DNA of 64,000 nt, taken from the NCBI GenBank assembly GCA_043228905.1, contig JBHGNT010000021.1:4092001-4156000 (forward strand), in the 5' to 3' direction. Shown piece by piece: positions 37,001 through 49,175 of the stretch (position 1 is the stretch's first letter; each line of letters opens with the position of its first letter). The position numbers and the translations under genes were made by a program. Origin of the DNA: Azolla caroliniana. Taxonomy: Eukaryota > Plantae > Polypodiophyta. The notes beneath the pieces are model-generated. The model was not told where the DNA came from, ran no database searches, and was given only the letters and a program-made list of their open reading frames with translations.

Positions 37001-37963
37001 CTTGTCGGAGTTAAAGCTTGCGGGCGGTCATGTTGGCGGCGAACATCTTCTTTAAGTTCTCCCAAGTCTCTTTAGGCGTCTTGGCGTCTCGAATGTGGCT
37101 AAGCATGTGGTCGTGGACACATGTTGCCAAGCAATACATTACCCGACTCGCTCCTTGCTCCCACGTTGGGTAGTTGGTGTTTGTGATGTTGGGCTTGTTT
37201 TCGAGTGCGCCATTAATGTAGCTCCAATACCCTTGGCCGACGAGGTATTGGGTCATCTTGTACTCCCAAGATGAATAATTTCTCCAGTCTAGCTTTTCAC
37301 TAGGGAGCGAGCTACCCATTTGTGTGTTCATGTTGATTAGTGTCTTCTCTTTTTTCTTTTCTTCCTTCGATCACATATACATGCTACGTAGTGGCACTAC
37401 AATAGAGGATAGCCGGAATTTGTGGTCGGCGTTTCGAACACACAATTATGAAGAGGCGGATGGGCTTAGTGGATGTGCTAAACCACACGCTCTGATACCA
37501 TGTTAAGAATTAGGTAAGTAATTAAGTATGGGTCAATTAGTACCTAATTATGTGATCAAGTTAATAAGCGGAAGATTAAGTGATATGTGTGTTTATGTGT
37601 GTGAGAGGAAGAGAGAGAGAGAGAGAGAGAGAGATACACTTATGAACAACACAAGATGGGGGATGAGTAACTATATTAAATTAGCATTATCATCATCATC
37701 ATCATCAAATACAAAAATACCCACAATGAGGTATGTATACATCTCATGTGCAAAGGTGCACATGTGTGAGTAGAATATAGGTACTAAGGTGTAAGTCCTA
37801 TATTAAATGTAGTTAGGAGTGGAAGATCTAGAATATCCCACTTAAGTACAAGGTCCTATTTAAGTTGTTATAGTCAACACTTCTAACTAGATTCTATCGA
37901 GGTAACTAAGAAGTTACATGGTTGACTAACTAACTAAACTAAGTTGAGCTTGATCTCTAAAAA
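34049..37963 (-). mobile_element. Internally deleted Ty1/copia element (Copia D; RT and RNase H lost)
   Basis: LTRs 34049-~34472 and 37501-37963; TSD ATAAC; PBS TGGTATCAGAGC at 37489-37500; gag, CNYCGKIGHYEAEC, protease and integrase remnants. Confidence 0.92.
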
Positions 37964-40900
37964 ATAACCCATATGGTCGATGTCGCGGAATCTTTGACCA
38001 ACAACACACATCACAAGTACGAACATAATCCTCAACAAACTCCCGAAGATGAGGCCACCAATAGTTTCGAGAAACTAGCTCCAAAGTTTTGTGGATTCCA
38101 AAATGACCAGCCATTTGGTTGTCATGACAATATTGCATTACTTGGAGTCAAGACAAACCATTGGGGACATACAAAAGAGTGTTACGAAAAAGTAACCCAT
38201 TTTGCCATTGAAACTGGTTATAATCTTTACAAGGATACTTGAATTTTGAAGAAGACGCACCATCTGATATGATATGATTCAACACATCTTAAGCAAATTC
38301 ATCCGAAATGATACCTATTCGGATTGAATCAAGGAACCTAGAATCTTCAGGTGCTTTAGAGGCATTAATAGTCAATAGTCGTAACCAATTAGGCCCCAAG
38401 ATGACTTGCTTTTGATGATCAAATGTGGGCTCACCTGGTTGTGATGCCAAATAAGATCGTTGTGATAGAGCGTCTACCTTTCCTTGTTGTACTCTAGGGA
38501 AATATGTGATGAGGAAGTCAAAACGCGTCAGGAATTGTGCCCAACGAGCTTGGCGTCGACTCAAGACTCTAGCATTTTGAAAGTTTGTGAGGTTTTTATG
38601 ATCATTGTAAACAATGATTTGGTGGGGAGAGCCTTCTAAGAGATGCCTCCATTGTTCAAACGAGTCTATAATGGCCAGGCGCTCTTTGTCGTCAATCTCA
38701 TAATTGATCTCTGTAGCTTCAAATTTGCATGAATGGAAAGCAATTGGATGCAGTTTTCCGTCATCTCCAACCTGCGACAAGATACTTCCTAGTGCAAAAT
38801 TAGATGCATCCGCCTCGATGATAAAGGGTTTTTCTAGGTCAGCATGAAGTAGAATAGGAGAAGAAGTGAATGCTCTCTTTATGTTTTCAAAAGCTTTGGC
38901 CGTAGTGGAACTCCATGTGAACGACTTGTTCTTTCGTGTGAGCTCCGTGAGAGGCATCACGATGTTCGAGTAGTTCTTCATAAATTTGCGGTAAAAATTC
39001 GCAAATCCTAAGAAACACTAAACATCACATACTGAGCAAGGTGTTTCCCAATTTAGAACTGTTTGCACCTTGGAAGGATCCATAGATATACCTTGTTGTG
39101 AAACCACATACCCTAGAAACTCCACGTGGTTTTGATCAAAGCTACATTTCTCGAGTTTGGTATAGAGCCCATATTCTCGTAAGCATTGGAGGACTTGGCG
39201 GACATGTGTGTCATGCTCTTCTTGACTTTTCGAGTAGTTCAAAATGTCATCAAGATATATTATGGTAAATGAATCCAAGAAGTCGTGAAAAATATCATTC
39301 GCCATGTGTTCAAAAATTGCGAGCGCATTCGTGAGACCAAAAGGCATAACCATGTACTCGAAATGTCCGTATCGAGTACGGAATGTTGTCTTCCATTCAT
39401 CTCCTGGACGTATCCAAACAACGTTATATGCACCTCGAAGGTCTAGCTTTGTGAAAACTTTAGCTCCACTAAGACGCTCTAGTAAACTCGATATCAAGGG
39501 TAGAGCATATCTATTTCGAGCGGTGATTTTGTTTAAACCTTAATAATCCACGACCAATCATAAAGACCCATCTTTCTTCTTGACAAAGAATATGGGTGCG
39601 CCAGCAGGGCTTTTAGAATGTCGAATGAATCCATTTGCTAAGTGATCATTTATATACTCTCGAAGGGCCTTGTGTTCAGAAGGTGATAGATTATATATTG
39701 GACCCCATGGTGGCTCTTTCCCAGGTTGTAGATCGATCGGACAATCATAAGGACGATGGTCTAGAAGAGAACTAGATTTAGTTTTGTTGAAGATGTCTTC
39801 AAAATCCAAGTACTTAATAGGGAGGTGAGTACATGCCCCTTGTGAACTAGAGGATGCATTTGCCGTTACTGCAAACACAAACATATCATTTGTCTGCCCG
39901 TCTTCTCGTAAGTTTTGTAGAGATATGAGCGAGGTTTGGTGAGGTTTTGAATCTTGGTTGGTAGTAACAAGGCAGTTGGATTTAGGTTTCTACTGGAAAT
40001 CATTGATTGCTAGATTTCTCCAGTCAATTTCAGGATTATGAAGCTCAAACCAAGGCAAACCAAGGATAACCGGATGTGCAGGGCTACTAATTATATTGAA
40101 GGAAATCACACAAGCAAAGCTACCAAGGACTACTCGAATTGGCTCGGATTCTTCGACTATATCCCCAGATGCAATAGGGCAACCATCAATGACTACAATG
40201 GATGCAGGACAAGAGAGCTTTCTCAATAGGATTTTTTGGGATAAAGCAAATTCTTTTCCCGTAAAACAAGAGTTGGCTCCTGAATCTAAGAGAGCATATG
40301 CAAGAACTCGATGACACCTAAAAGGGCTAAGCTCAACTTGTGCTGAAAAAACTCTGCTAACATGATTCGATAAAATGGAACCACTGCTTGGGGCTGACTT
40401 TACATATTCTGGTTTGTCCAACCAAATGGCTCCGATTTTGATTGGACTTATTTGTTTAATATTTCATCAAGCTGACTCAAGACCTCAAAACTATTGGATT
40501 GGCCTAGACATGTGGGGCTACTAGGGATAGATTATCTAACTGGGGAATTGGAATTAAGTTTCTCACTAGTACTTACTTGATTTACTTGTCGTTTAGGCCT
40601 ATGTGGGAAGGTGATTGCTATGTGTCCCGGACCACCACAATACAAACATAGACGGTTTGCTTGGCATCGTTGCTTCTCAACTTCAGACAAAGGCCCTCAA
40701 TGACGTGTTACATCGATCTCCATTGGACTTGGACAAATTGATGGAATCATGTGTGATGCTTGGACCGTAGTGCTCGTAGGTGTCGAGGCTACTACTAAAG
40801 CATATGTTTGATCCGTTCTTGGTCATGACATTAGTTGGCGTTCTAAACATCGCTCGAATAAGCGATTGTCACATCGCACCGCACGACTTATTGCTTCTGT

Positions 40901-41050
40901 AAGCGATCTTGGATGTTTGTGGAAAGTGAATAACAAATCATTTACATCATTTTGTAGTCCATGGTGAAACTGATCCATTAATGCTTCTTCATCCCATGGA
41001 ATATCACAAGCTAGGAGGCGGAAATCTGCGGCGTATGCGGAGGCGGGACG

Positions 41051-41077
41051 ATACAATACAATACAATACAATACAAT
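41051..41077. repeat. (ATACA)n microsatellite at the LTR/gag deletion junction
   Basis: Five atac(a) units between the chromovirus LTR end and the truncated gag. Confidence 0.85.
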
Positions 41078-41120
41078 ATGTCATATTTATATAGGAGTAG
41101 TACGTGCCCCTTCGATGTTT

Positions 41121-41240
41121 GTAGGGTCATGATACCCTTTGGGATGTTGTAGGGTCATGATACCCTTTGGGATATTCAAGGGTCATGGCACCCTTTGGGA
41201 TATTGACGGGTCATGGCACCCTTTGGATATTTATAGGGTT
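41121..41240. repeat. ~29-bp tandem repeat x4 in the chromovirus LTR
   Basis: agggtcatgataccctttgggat units. Confidence 0.85.
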
Positions 41241-41457
41241 ACATTATCAACATTATAATAAAGTACATTACATAATATCTTTATGTACAACATATATAAC
41301 CTAATGACTAGAGTTGAGTGCCTCTCCTTAGGAGGTCACGGTGTCGCGTTGTTACGCGCACGCATGTAGAAGGGTGGGACCACAGGGGTCTCGGACTAGG
41401 GAGAAAGGGGTGCCGAGAAATCAACTCCGGACGCGTTCCGGAGGCAACCGAACGCGA

Positions 41458-41502
<45 letters not shown>

Positions 41503-44500
41503 GAAGGAGAGCGTGCGCGCGACACCGATTCTTATGCACAGGAAGCAAGGGGTTGTGCTTCCGACCCCACCAAATACACCGATATGCACAAACAGACGCA
41601 AATATGTATATTACAAGGGAAAGAATACATCCCCAGCTTCGAGCCGAACCAAGGTAGGTTACGTTACAACAGCAGTCTGCTGCCAAGCCGCCGTCGGAGG
41701 AGCTCTCGGGCTCGTCGCGCCGAGCGGGGTCTTGCACAGGAGCTCAAGTAGAAGTAAACCCCCACACAACACACAAGCTCTTCACCAGGCCAAAACCCTA
41801 AACAGACACGAAGAAGAAGACCTCAAAGAACTCTAAAGTAAGAAGAAGAAGAAGAAGAACTAACACACCTTCGACCTAAGTGGTATACCCTCCTAACTCA
41901 AAATGGGCAACCCCTTCACAAGAGGCGCTCCCTTCCTTTTATAGAACAAGGAGGGAGATGTGTTACAATGTGGGATAAATCCCTTATTACATAGGATCCT
42001 CTGTCCCGACTTAACTCCTATTATTCACACGTTTTACAAGGGTAACTGCACATGGTGCACACCGCCGATTCTCCCGATATTCTCCGATTCCGCCTAGGGA
42101 CGGTTTCCTCCACGACATCCGCCCCCACCTAACCGCGCATCCACCGGTATGCACCAAACTGGACTCTTGCCGAAGAAGACCAGCCCGCGCTTACCTTTTG
42201 TCCTCCGGATCTCCATTCGCTCTGAACCGGTCGTCCTCGCTATCCAAGTCGCCCAGGGCCGGTTCATCCTCGTGCCACTTGCCTCTCCGTAGGCTCATTC
42301 TAGCCATCAATAGGTCGTTCACCACGACCCCGTAGCACGTGTGCCCCATTGTTGGCCCTTTGCTCGGCCGTATGCACACTCCGATCTCCGTCGTACGCTT
42401 GGTGTTCTATGCTTGAGGAACACCCGTTGTGGCCCGCTTGCCTCAGTCGATCATCCACGTGATCCCGGTTGCCGTCCCGTGCGGTCACCCATCGCCGTCG
42501 TCCCCTCGCCGCCACCTTCATTCTCCTTGGTCTTACGTTGCCACGTCGGCTTGGACTGCCAAGTCCTCCGGAACCAGTGTGGAGGATCCCTCTCCGGCCT
42601 TCTACCCGATATCTCCTGATCCGGCAACCATCCAACACCGTCTGTACCGAACACTGTCTCATGCTTGTGCTTTGCTTTGGCCCTCGATGGCCACACGCAC
42701 GTCTTCTGTTCCGCTTTCGCGTGTGCCCTTTCCGGCTCGACACATTGCTCCTTAACTGGGTGTCCCCGGTAGCTCACCGGAAGATCACCCTTGCGGCGTC
42801 TTGGCCCGCATGGCCTCCTTCTTTCACGTAACGCCTTGGTTGGTCGGTGCCTCAGCTATTGCCGCCTTTGTCCCCTTGCCGCCACCTTCCATTACCCTCG
42901 GTCTCACATTGCCACGTCGGCCGAACAGTCGGGGTCTCCGAGCAGGTGTGAAAGATCCTTCTCGGCCTTCGTTTTGTTAGGTCACCAACTCGTGTACCAA
43001 GCGCATTCGATCTTTGTCCTGCCGACCCTACCGGTCGGGCCCGTCTCCGGTTCGTGGCTGCCTCGTCGGCCTCATACCTCCTTTCGCTCCGCTTTTCGTC
43101 GTCCGATCACGTTCTCTTGCCGCCACTGTCCTTTCCTATACGACTCACGTCAGCTCTCGGGCCGACCGTCGGATCGGTGTGAGGGTCTTCATGGGACCTC
43201 CCCTTTTTGGCATCTCGGTTGCCCGCCTTGCCGCCGCCACCATTCTTCTCTCTAGGTCTCATGCTAGCTCTTGTTGCCGGCTGCCGGAGTCTCGAGAACT
43301 GGGCCGACCGCCGGATCGGTGTGAGGATCACCGTAGACCGCCCTTGCGTAGCCCTATTGCCTTCGTCCCCTTGCCGCCACCGTTCATCACCCAAGGTCTC
43401 ACGCCAACTCTCGGGCCGACTACCGGAGTCTCTATAACTGGTGTGAAGGATCCTTCTCAGGCCTCCGTATCTCTGACCCTTATCCCGGGTCATCTCTCTC
43501 CGCATGTCGAGAGGGTGGCTCGCTCCACACCCTCTCCCGTGGTACCGACATACCGTGTTCTCAGCCCCTTCGTAGGCCTGCTCTCTTCCTCCCTTCCGGA
43601 ATTGTTATCCGGAAGTCCTCTCCGCCTAGTTCTCATTTGGGTTCGTCCGTCATTCTCTGGATTGTCGGGTCCCATTCTCTTGTCGCCACTGTCAGTATCT
43701 TGGTCTAACGTCGGATCCGATGCCGACCGCCGAAGTCTCTAGATCCGGTGTGAGGTGAGCCATAGTACCATCCATCGTTCTCCGCATCCACCCCTTTGTA
43801 CTTCTCCCGAACTCGCCGTCGCTCTCCTCGTTGTGGTTCCGCCTCCATCTTCCAGCTCTTTCGGTCTCACATTGCCATGTCGGCCGAACTGCCGAAGTCT
43901 CTGGTAAGGATGTGGGTACACAAATTTCATAACGACTCCCGACGACTCATTCGGGCCACTGACCCTTTTAGTGGTCTCGGTGGAAAGCATCCGCTCTATG
44001 ATTGATCAAACCCCGCATGGGCTTGATTCTCCAATGTATGGAGTTTCGACTCCGATGTTGATCTTGCCAGACTCGTTCTGTACCCTCGATCATCTCCTTC
44101 CCAATTCTCGACCTTCTCCCAGTTGGTCTTGCTCCCATGTAAAAGAGGGCGGCTCGTTCCGCACCCTCTCCCGTATCGGCACCCTCATGCCGATTCTAGC
44201 CCCAGTCGGACAATCCACGACCGGATCGCGCTCCAACCGAATGGGAGTGTCGCGTTGTTCGATCCCCGGTCGGGTCGTTTCTTGGTCTCGTCGTCGACCT
44301 TCTCGCGCGCCACCTCCCATCCTTTTTCGTTGGCATCGTGCCAAGACTCCTCAATACTGTCATCCATCTCCTCAGTCTCACATGGGCGTAAGGGTCCAAA
44401 CGCCGAGGGCTCTTGTCCGTTCCTTCCTCGTATCATCTCGCCAGTGATTCTCGGTCTCTCGACGCCGCCTTCCTCCTCTTGGGATTCATGTGGGCACTCG

Positions 44501-44748
44501 GGCCCTACTGCCATCGTCTCGGGAGAAAGTGTGGGAAGACGCGAAGAATCACCCGTCTGTTTTATGCCTTTGTCCATAGCCACCAGCTCCTCGTGGTCGG
44601 TGGTCGTCTTCTTACCGATTGCGCAAGCCCCACTTGGGCTTGCTTCTCCTATGTCCGGAGTTTCGGGCTGACGTGTCTGAAATCGCCGGTCCCAACGTTC
44701 CGATTCTACGATCGGTATCTCGGCCTCATCCTCGACCGTTCTATCTCC

Positions 44749-45621
44749 TCAAGTCGAGAGGGCGTTTTGTTCCGCACCCTCTCCCGTGGTACCATCGTAC
44801 CGATCTTCTGTCATCTCGTGGGGCAAGTTCATCTCCTCAGCGTTGGCTTGCGGCCTTGATCTTTCCTCTTCCTCGAGCATTGCCTCGAGGGCTGTGTACA
44901 CCTCCGCAATCCTGGCCGCGAAGCGGAGCCTTGCCGACTCTCTTTGTCGTTCGGCCTCTTCCCACTGTGATGGCACGCCGTCACGTGCCTTCCCCTTAGC
45001 CTTCTTGGCCCGCTCGTCATCTAGCTGTTGGCATACCCTTCGGACCTTCGACCAGTCCTCGGTGAGGCCATTCGCTCCGTCCTCGTCTTCAAGCTCAATC
45101 CCGATGGCCTCTCGTTCCGCTCGGTCGATCGACTTAACGAACAACAGAACTTTGTCCGTCCCCACCAAACCTTGTTCACACTCCAGGAGCCGAGCAAGCC
45201 GTTGCTCGAACTCTCGGAACGCCTTCATTGCGCCCCGGTGGTTCTTTGCCGATGCTACCCACTGGTCGAAGCCGCGTCGTCCCCGACTCTTCCGCCGTCC
45301 CCCATATGCCTGCAGGAGCGCCTCTTTGAAAGCCTCCCGCGAACTATGAGCTTCTCGGAGCTCCTTCACTTCCGCGTGTATACGGACGACCACGACCCGA
45401 TAGAAGAACTCCAGCCTCAATGCCTCGGCTACGTCTCGCTCCTCCATTTCCGCGTTGTAGGCTTCCAAGTAAAATGGAACCTTGTCCCCGTTGAAATGGC
45501 TGACTCTTTCGACCACTCGCTCAACCGCTTGCTGCGCCAACTCTCGTCTTGTTGTTGCTCGTCCAAACTCCCTCACCGCTTCGACAAAAAGTTGCGCGAA
45601 GTTCTCTTCTTTCAACTCCAT
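44749..45621 (-). CDS. Gag-like protein of the non-autonomous element
   Basis: Open frame from MELKEENF; DKVLLFVKSID...GLTEDWSKVRRVC aligns with the large gypsy gag YKVLLFVKLVN...GLTADWAMVKRVC. Confidence 0.75.
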   Translation of the reverse strand: MELKEENFAQLFVEAVREFGRATTRRELAQQAVERVVERVSHFNGDKVPFYLEAYNAEMEERDVAEALRLEFFYRVVVVRIHAEVKELREAHSSREAFKEALLQAYGGRRKSRGRRGFDQWVASAKNHRGAMKAFREFEQRLARLLECEQGLVGTDKVLLFVKSIDRAEREAIGIELEDEDGANGLTEDWSKVRRVCQQLDDERAKKAKGKARDGVPSQWEEAERQRESARLRFAARIAEVYTALEAMLEEEERSRPQANAEEMNLPHEMTEDRYDGTTGEGAEQNALST

Positions 45622-45637
45622 TCTCCCTTGTTGCCCT

Positions 45638-45654
45638 TCACGTCGGGTTCCCCA
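45638..45654 (-). promoter_or_regulatory. Primer binding site, tRNA-Trp type
   Basis: TGGGGAACCCGACGTGA, one mismatch to the complement of the plant tRNA-Trp 3' end as I recall it (TGGTGAACCCGACGTGA). TGGTGAA also follows the LTR ending at 52813. Confidence 0.75.
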
Positions 45655-45765
45655 AATATGTCGTGTTGTTACGTGCATGCGTGTAGAAGGGCGGGACCAC
45701 GGGGGTCTCGAACTAGGGAGAAAGGGGTGCCGAGAAACTGACTCCGAATGCGTTCCGGAGGCAAC

Positions 45766-45805
<40 letters not shown>

Positions 45806-47136
45806 GAGGGAGAGCGTGCGCGCGACACCGATTCTTATGCACAGGAAGCAAGGGGTTGTGCTTCCAACCCCACCAAATACACCGATATGCACAAACAGAC
45901 GCAAATATGTATATTACAAGGGAAAGAATACATCCCCAGCTTCGAGCCGAACCAAGGTAGGTTACGTTACAACAGCAGTCTGCTGCCAAGCCGCCGTCGG
46001 AGGAGCTCTCGGGCTCGTCGCGCCGAGCGGGGTCTTGCACAGGAGCTCAAGTAGAAGTAAACCCCCACACAACACACAAGCTCTTCACCGGGCCAAAACC
46101 CTAAACAGACACGAAGAAGAAGACCTCAAAGAACTCTAAAGTAAGAAGAAGAAGAAGAAGAACTAACACACCTTCGACCTAAGTGGTATACCCTCCTAAC
46201 TCAAAATGGGCAACCCCTTCACAAGAGGCGCTCCCTTCCTTTTATAGAACAAGGAGGGAGATGTGTTACAATGTGGGATAAATCCCTTATTACATGGCAT
46301 CCTCTATCCCGACTTAACTCCTATTATTCACACGTTTTACAAGGGTAACTGCACATGGTGCACACCGCCGATTCTCCCGACATTCTCCGATTCCGCCTAG
46401 GGATGGTTTTCTCCACGACAATGGGTTCGAGTCACCCTAAACCTGATGGGGTTTCATCTACTCATGACAGGATGTCGTGGAAATCCCGACTACTGGGAGA
46501 AAGGGAACTGGAGAGCGTTGGAACGGGGGTGTGCACAGATGTGCACAAAGTTTTCTTTATGTAAATAACATAGGATTAGTAAGTACTAGGTAGTAGGATT
46601 TGATGGGTACTTTAATGTCCCATGAAAATAGAAGAATAAAGCATGTGTGGGGAAGGAAACTGAGGGAGAATCGACAGAATCGATTGTCTTAAACATGACG
46701 TAACGGCCTCCCCTTGTGCTATAAAAGGGAAGGCTTTGAATTGTTTTGGGGATCCATCCCCCATCATGATTGGAGAACGAAGTGTTGCCGGACCGAGCTC
46801 TACAAGCTTCCTTCCATTCTCTATTTTCCGTTTTCCTGTCGTCATGTTGCGAGGCCTCCGTTTCGTGTTGGTAGTCTATGTGCGTGTGTGTGGCGAGCGC
46901 AAAGCTCTTCTTGTTGGCCGCGCCTGATTGTAATCTTTTCTGTTTTTTTTTTCTATTAATCAATAGTTATTGAGTCTCTCTGAGTGTGCGTTTGGGTTTT
47001 TCGTGTCCTTGTCTTTGATCTGTTCCTGTTGAGTTTCTATACACGAGCAAGTGAGCCCGTGATCTCATTGCTGCTATCCGGTGACTGGTCCGAAACGATG
47101 CGCATCTCCAAGTCGTGCGCTTACTATTCGGCATCC

Positions 47137-49175
47137 TGTCACATGAAATGGTGGGGGTTGAACCCATGACCTTCTAGTCTTATTGGGAAACCTTACCAGT
47201 TGAGCTACATCCATCTATGCATTATTGTATTGTATAAGATTCAGCTTACTTCATTTTAGATTGATCACTAGAACTTTTAAGAACCTTCTAGAGAATGCAT
47301 CTTCACGCACTCCCTAGAAGTTTCCATGCACTCTCTAGAAGTCTTCTAGCTTTCATGCATAACTCCACATTCTTGTATAAATACTGGGATGCACCTTGAT
47401 TACAATCAAGGTGAACAATTCCCAGAGTTTGTTAAAGCGTGACCAATTCTACAACTTCGCGACTTGCTTTCTCCGGGATGACTCTTTGCTCAAGAAAATA
47501 GCAAAAGCCACTACGATCGACAAATTTTCCATAGAGGTCAAGGCAAGTATCACAAACCCCTCACACGAACCCAAAAGGCCCGATTTAGCTCGTTTTACAG
47601 TTCAGGATAATCTTTTGTTTCGATATAATCTTTTGTATGTCCCAGAAGTTCCCTGTCGGACCAAGGTGCTTCACGAGTGTCACAATGATCCACTTGTTGG
47701 TAATTTTGGCATTGTGAAAACCTTGGAGTTGATATCTCGGGGGTACTGGTAGCCACAACCATGGAAATTGGTCAAGGAGTTCGTTAAATCATGCGACGTT
47801 TGTGCTCGCTCTAAAGCATCTCATCATCGACCATATGGTCTCCTTCTCCCTCTCCCAATTCCCAAACGGCCTTGGGTCTCCCTTTCCATGGATTTCATCA
47901 CTGACCTTCGTTTTGTTGGTGGCTATGACTCAGTATTCGTCATGGTCAATCGCTTCACCAAGATGGCTCATTTTGCTACATGTGCCAAAACCATTACCGG
48001 AGTGGAGACAACCGATTTTTTTTTCAAAAATGTGGTTCGACTACATGAACTCCCAGACGATATCACTTATGATCGAGGTCCACAATTTGTTTCCAATTTC
48101 TGGCGGTGCCTTCTGCATTCGGTTGTACTATGAATCTATCTTCCGCCTATCATCCACAAACCGACGGACAAACGGAGCGGGTTAACCAAATCTTGGAACA
48201 ATATTTGCGGTGCTCTCTTAGCTACCAACAAGACAACAGGGTTGACCTTCTCCCACTTGCCAAGTTCGCCTACAATAACTCTCCGCATGCATCTAAGGGA
48301 GTTACTCCATTTTTCGCAAACTACGGTCTCCACTACCCCTTCAACATTTTGCTTCCTTCGGACTCTGTCAATCCTACTGCGGAGGACCGAGCACGTCTGT
48401 TGGAGGATGTACATTGCGATCTTTCCTTGGAGCTCACCCTTGCTGGCGAATGCTACAAGGAGCAAGCTGACCGTTTTCGCTTAGATGCTCCCCGGTTCGA
48501 GGTATGTGACTTTGTTTGGCTTCTTCGTCGCAATATTGCCACCACTCATCCTTGTCCAAAGCTTGATTACAAGAAGTTAGGCCCTTTCCGAATCATCGAG
48601 AAAATTGGTTCCATGGTTGTTTGCTTAGAGCTACCATCCCACTTCCGTATTCATAATGTATTCCATGTCTCCCTTTTGGAACCTCACAATATATCTGAAA
48701 TCCCCGATTGACGCCCTTCTCCTCCACCACCAATCCAGCTCTCAACCGGAGAAGAATATGAGGTCGACCAAATTCTTGACTCTCGTCAACTCTTCCATCG
48801 CCAGCTTCAACACCTTGTCCTTTGGAAAGGGTACCTGATCTCCGAAGCAACATGGGATCCAACACACCATCTCAAGCATGCCCCAGACATAGTTCGAGCA
48901 TTTCATGAATGTTATCCACAGAAACCGGTCGCGGGTCCTAGGAGGCAGCCTTAGAGGGAGGATAACGTCATAGACAAGATGCCACAGGGATTTGTAGGGG
49001 TTGAACCCATAACCTTCTAGTCTTATTGGGAAACCTTACCAATTGAGCTACATCCATCTATACATTATTGTATTGTATAAGATTCAACTTATTTCATTAT
49101 AGATTGATCACTAGAACTTTCAAGAACCTTCTAGAGAGTGCATGAACCTTAGCCTCATTCCACCCTTTTGTGACA
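47137..49175 (+). mobile_element. Internally deleted chromovirus (integrase plus chromodomain only) inside the gypsy 3' LTR
   Basis: TGTCACA...TGTGACA; TSD CATCC; LTR pieces 47137-~47420 and 48966-49175; PPT AGAGGGAGGATAA; integrase SMDFITDL, HPQTDGQTE; chromodomain EYEVDQILDSR...LVLWKGY...ATW at ~48750-48925. Confidence 0.9.
47151..47209 (-). promoter_or_regulatory. tRNA-like A/B-box cassette in the chromovirus LTR (second copy at 48994-49052)
   Basis: Minus strand TAGCTCAACTGGTAAG ... GGTCATGGGTTCAACCCC; present in both LTRs. Confidence 0.72.

Larger units (their letters stand above)
41342..46420 (-). mobile_element. Complete gag-only non-autonomous LTR element (TR-GAG/LARD-like)
   Basis: Highly similar LTRs 41342-42117 and 45659-46420; TSD ACGG/ATGG; PBS at 45638-45654; PPT GGTGGGGGCGGA at 42118-42129; no pol. 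Confidence 0.92.
33141..46469 (-). mobile_element. Truncated chromovirus-type (Tcn1/Tf-like) Ty3/gypsy element with nested insertions
   Basis: 5' LTR 41078-46469 (split); gag AYAADFR; ALLDSGA protease; KLDLRGAYN...YLDD RT; ADASNFA RNase H; HPQSDGQT integrase, KLDYQRLGPF. The 3' end is missing. Confidence 0.88.

Noticed and set aside
41342-46420. Retrozyme (hammerhead-containing non-autonomous element with 4-bp TSD)
   Set aside because: No CTGANGA...GAAA core with flanking stems found by eye in the LTRs; an Infernal search would settle it.
46575-46605. AGTACTAGG resembling the 5S rRNA internal promoter (Cassandra-like), also at ~14160, 50130 and 52050
   Set aside because: Only about 9 nt match; the rest of the 5S A-box/C-box region is absent.
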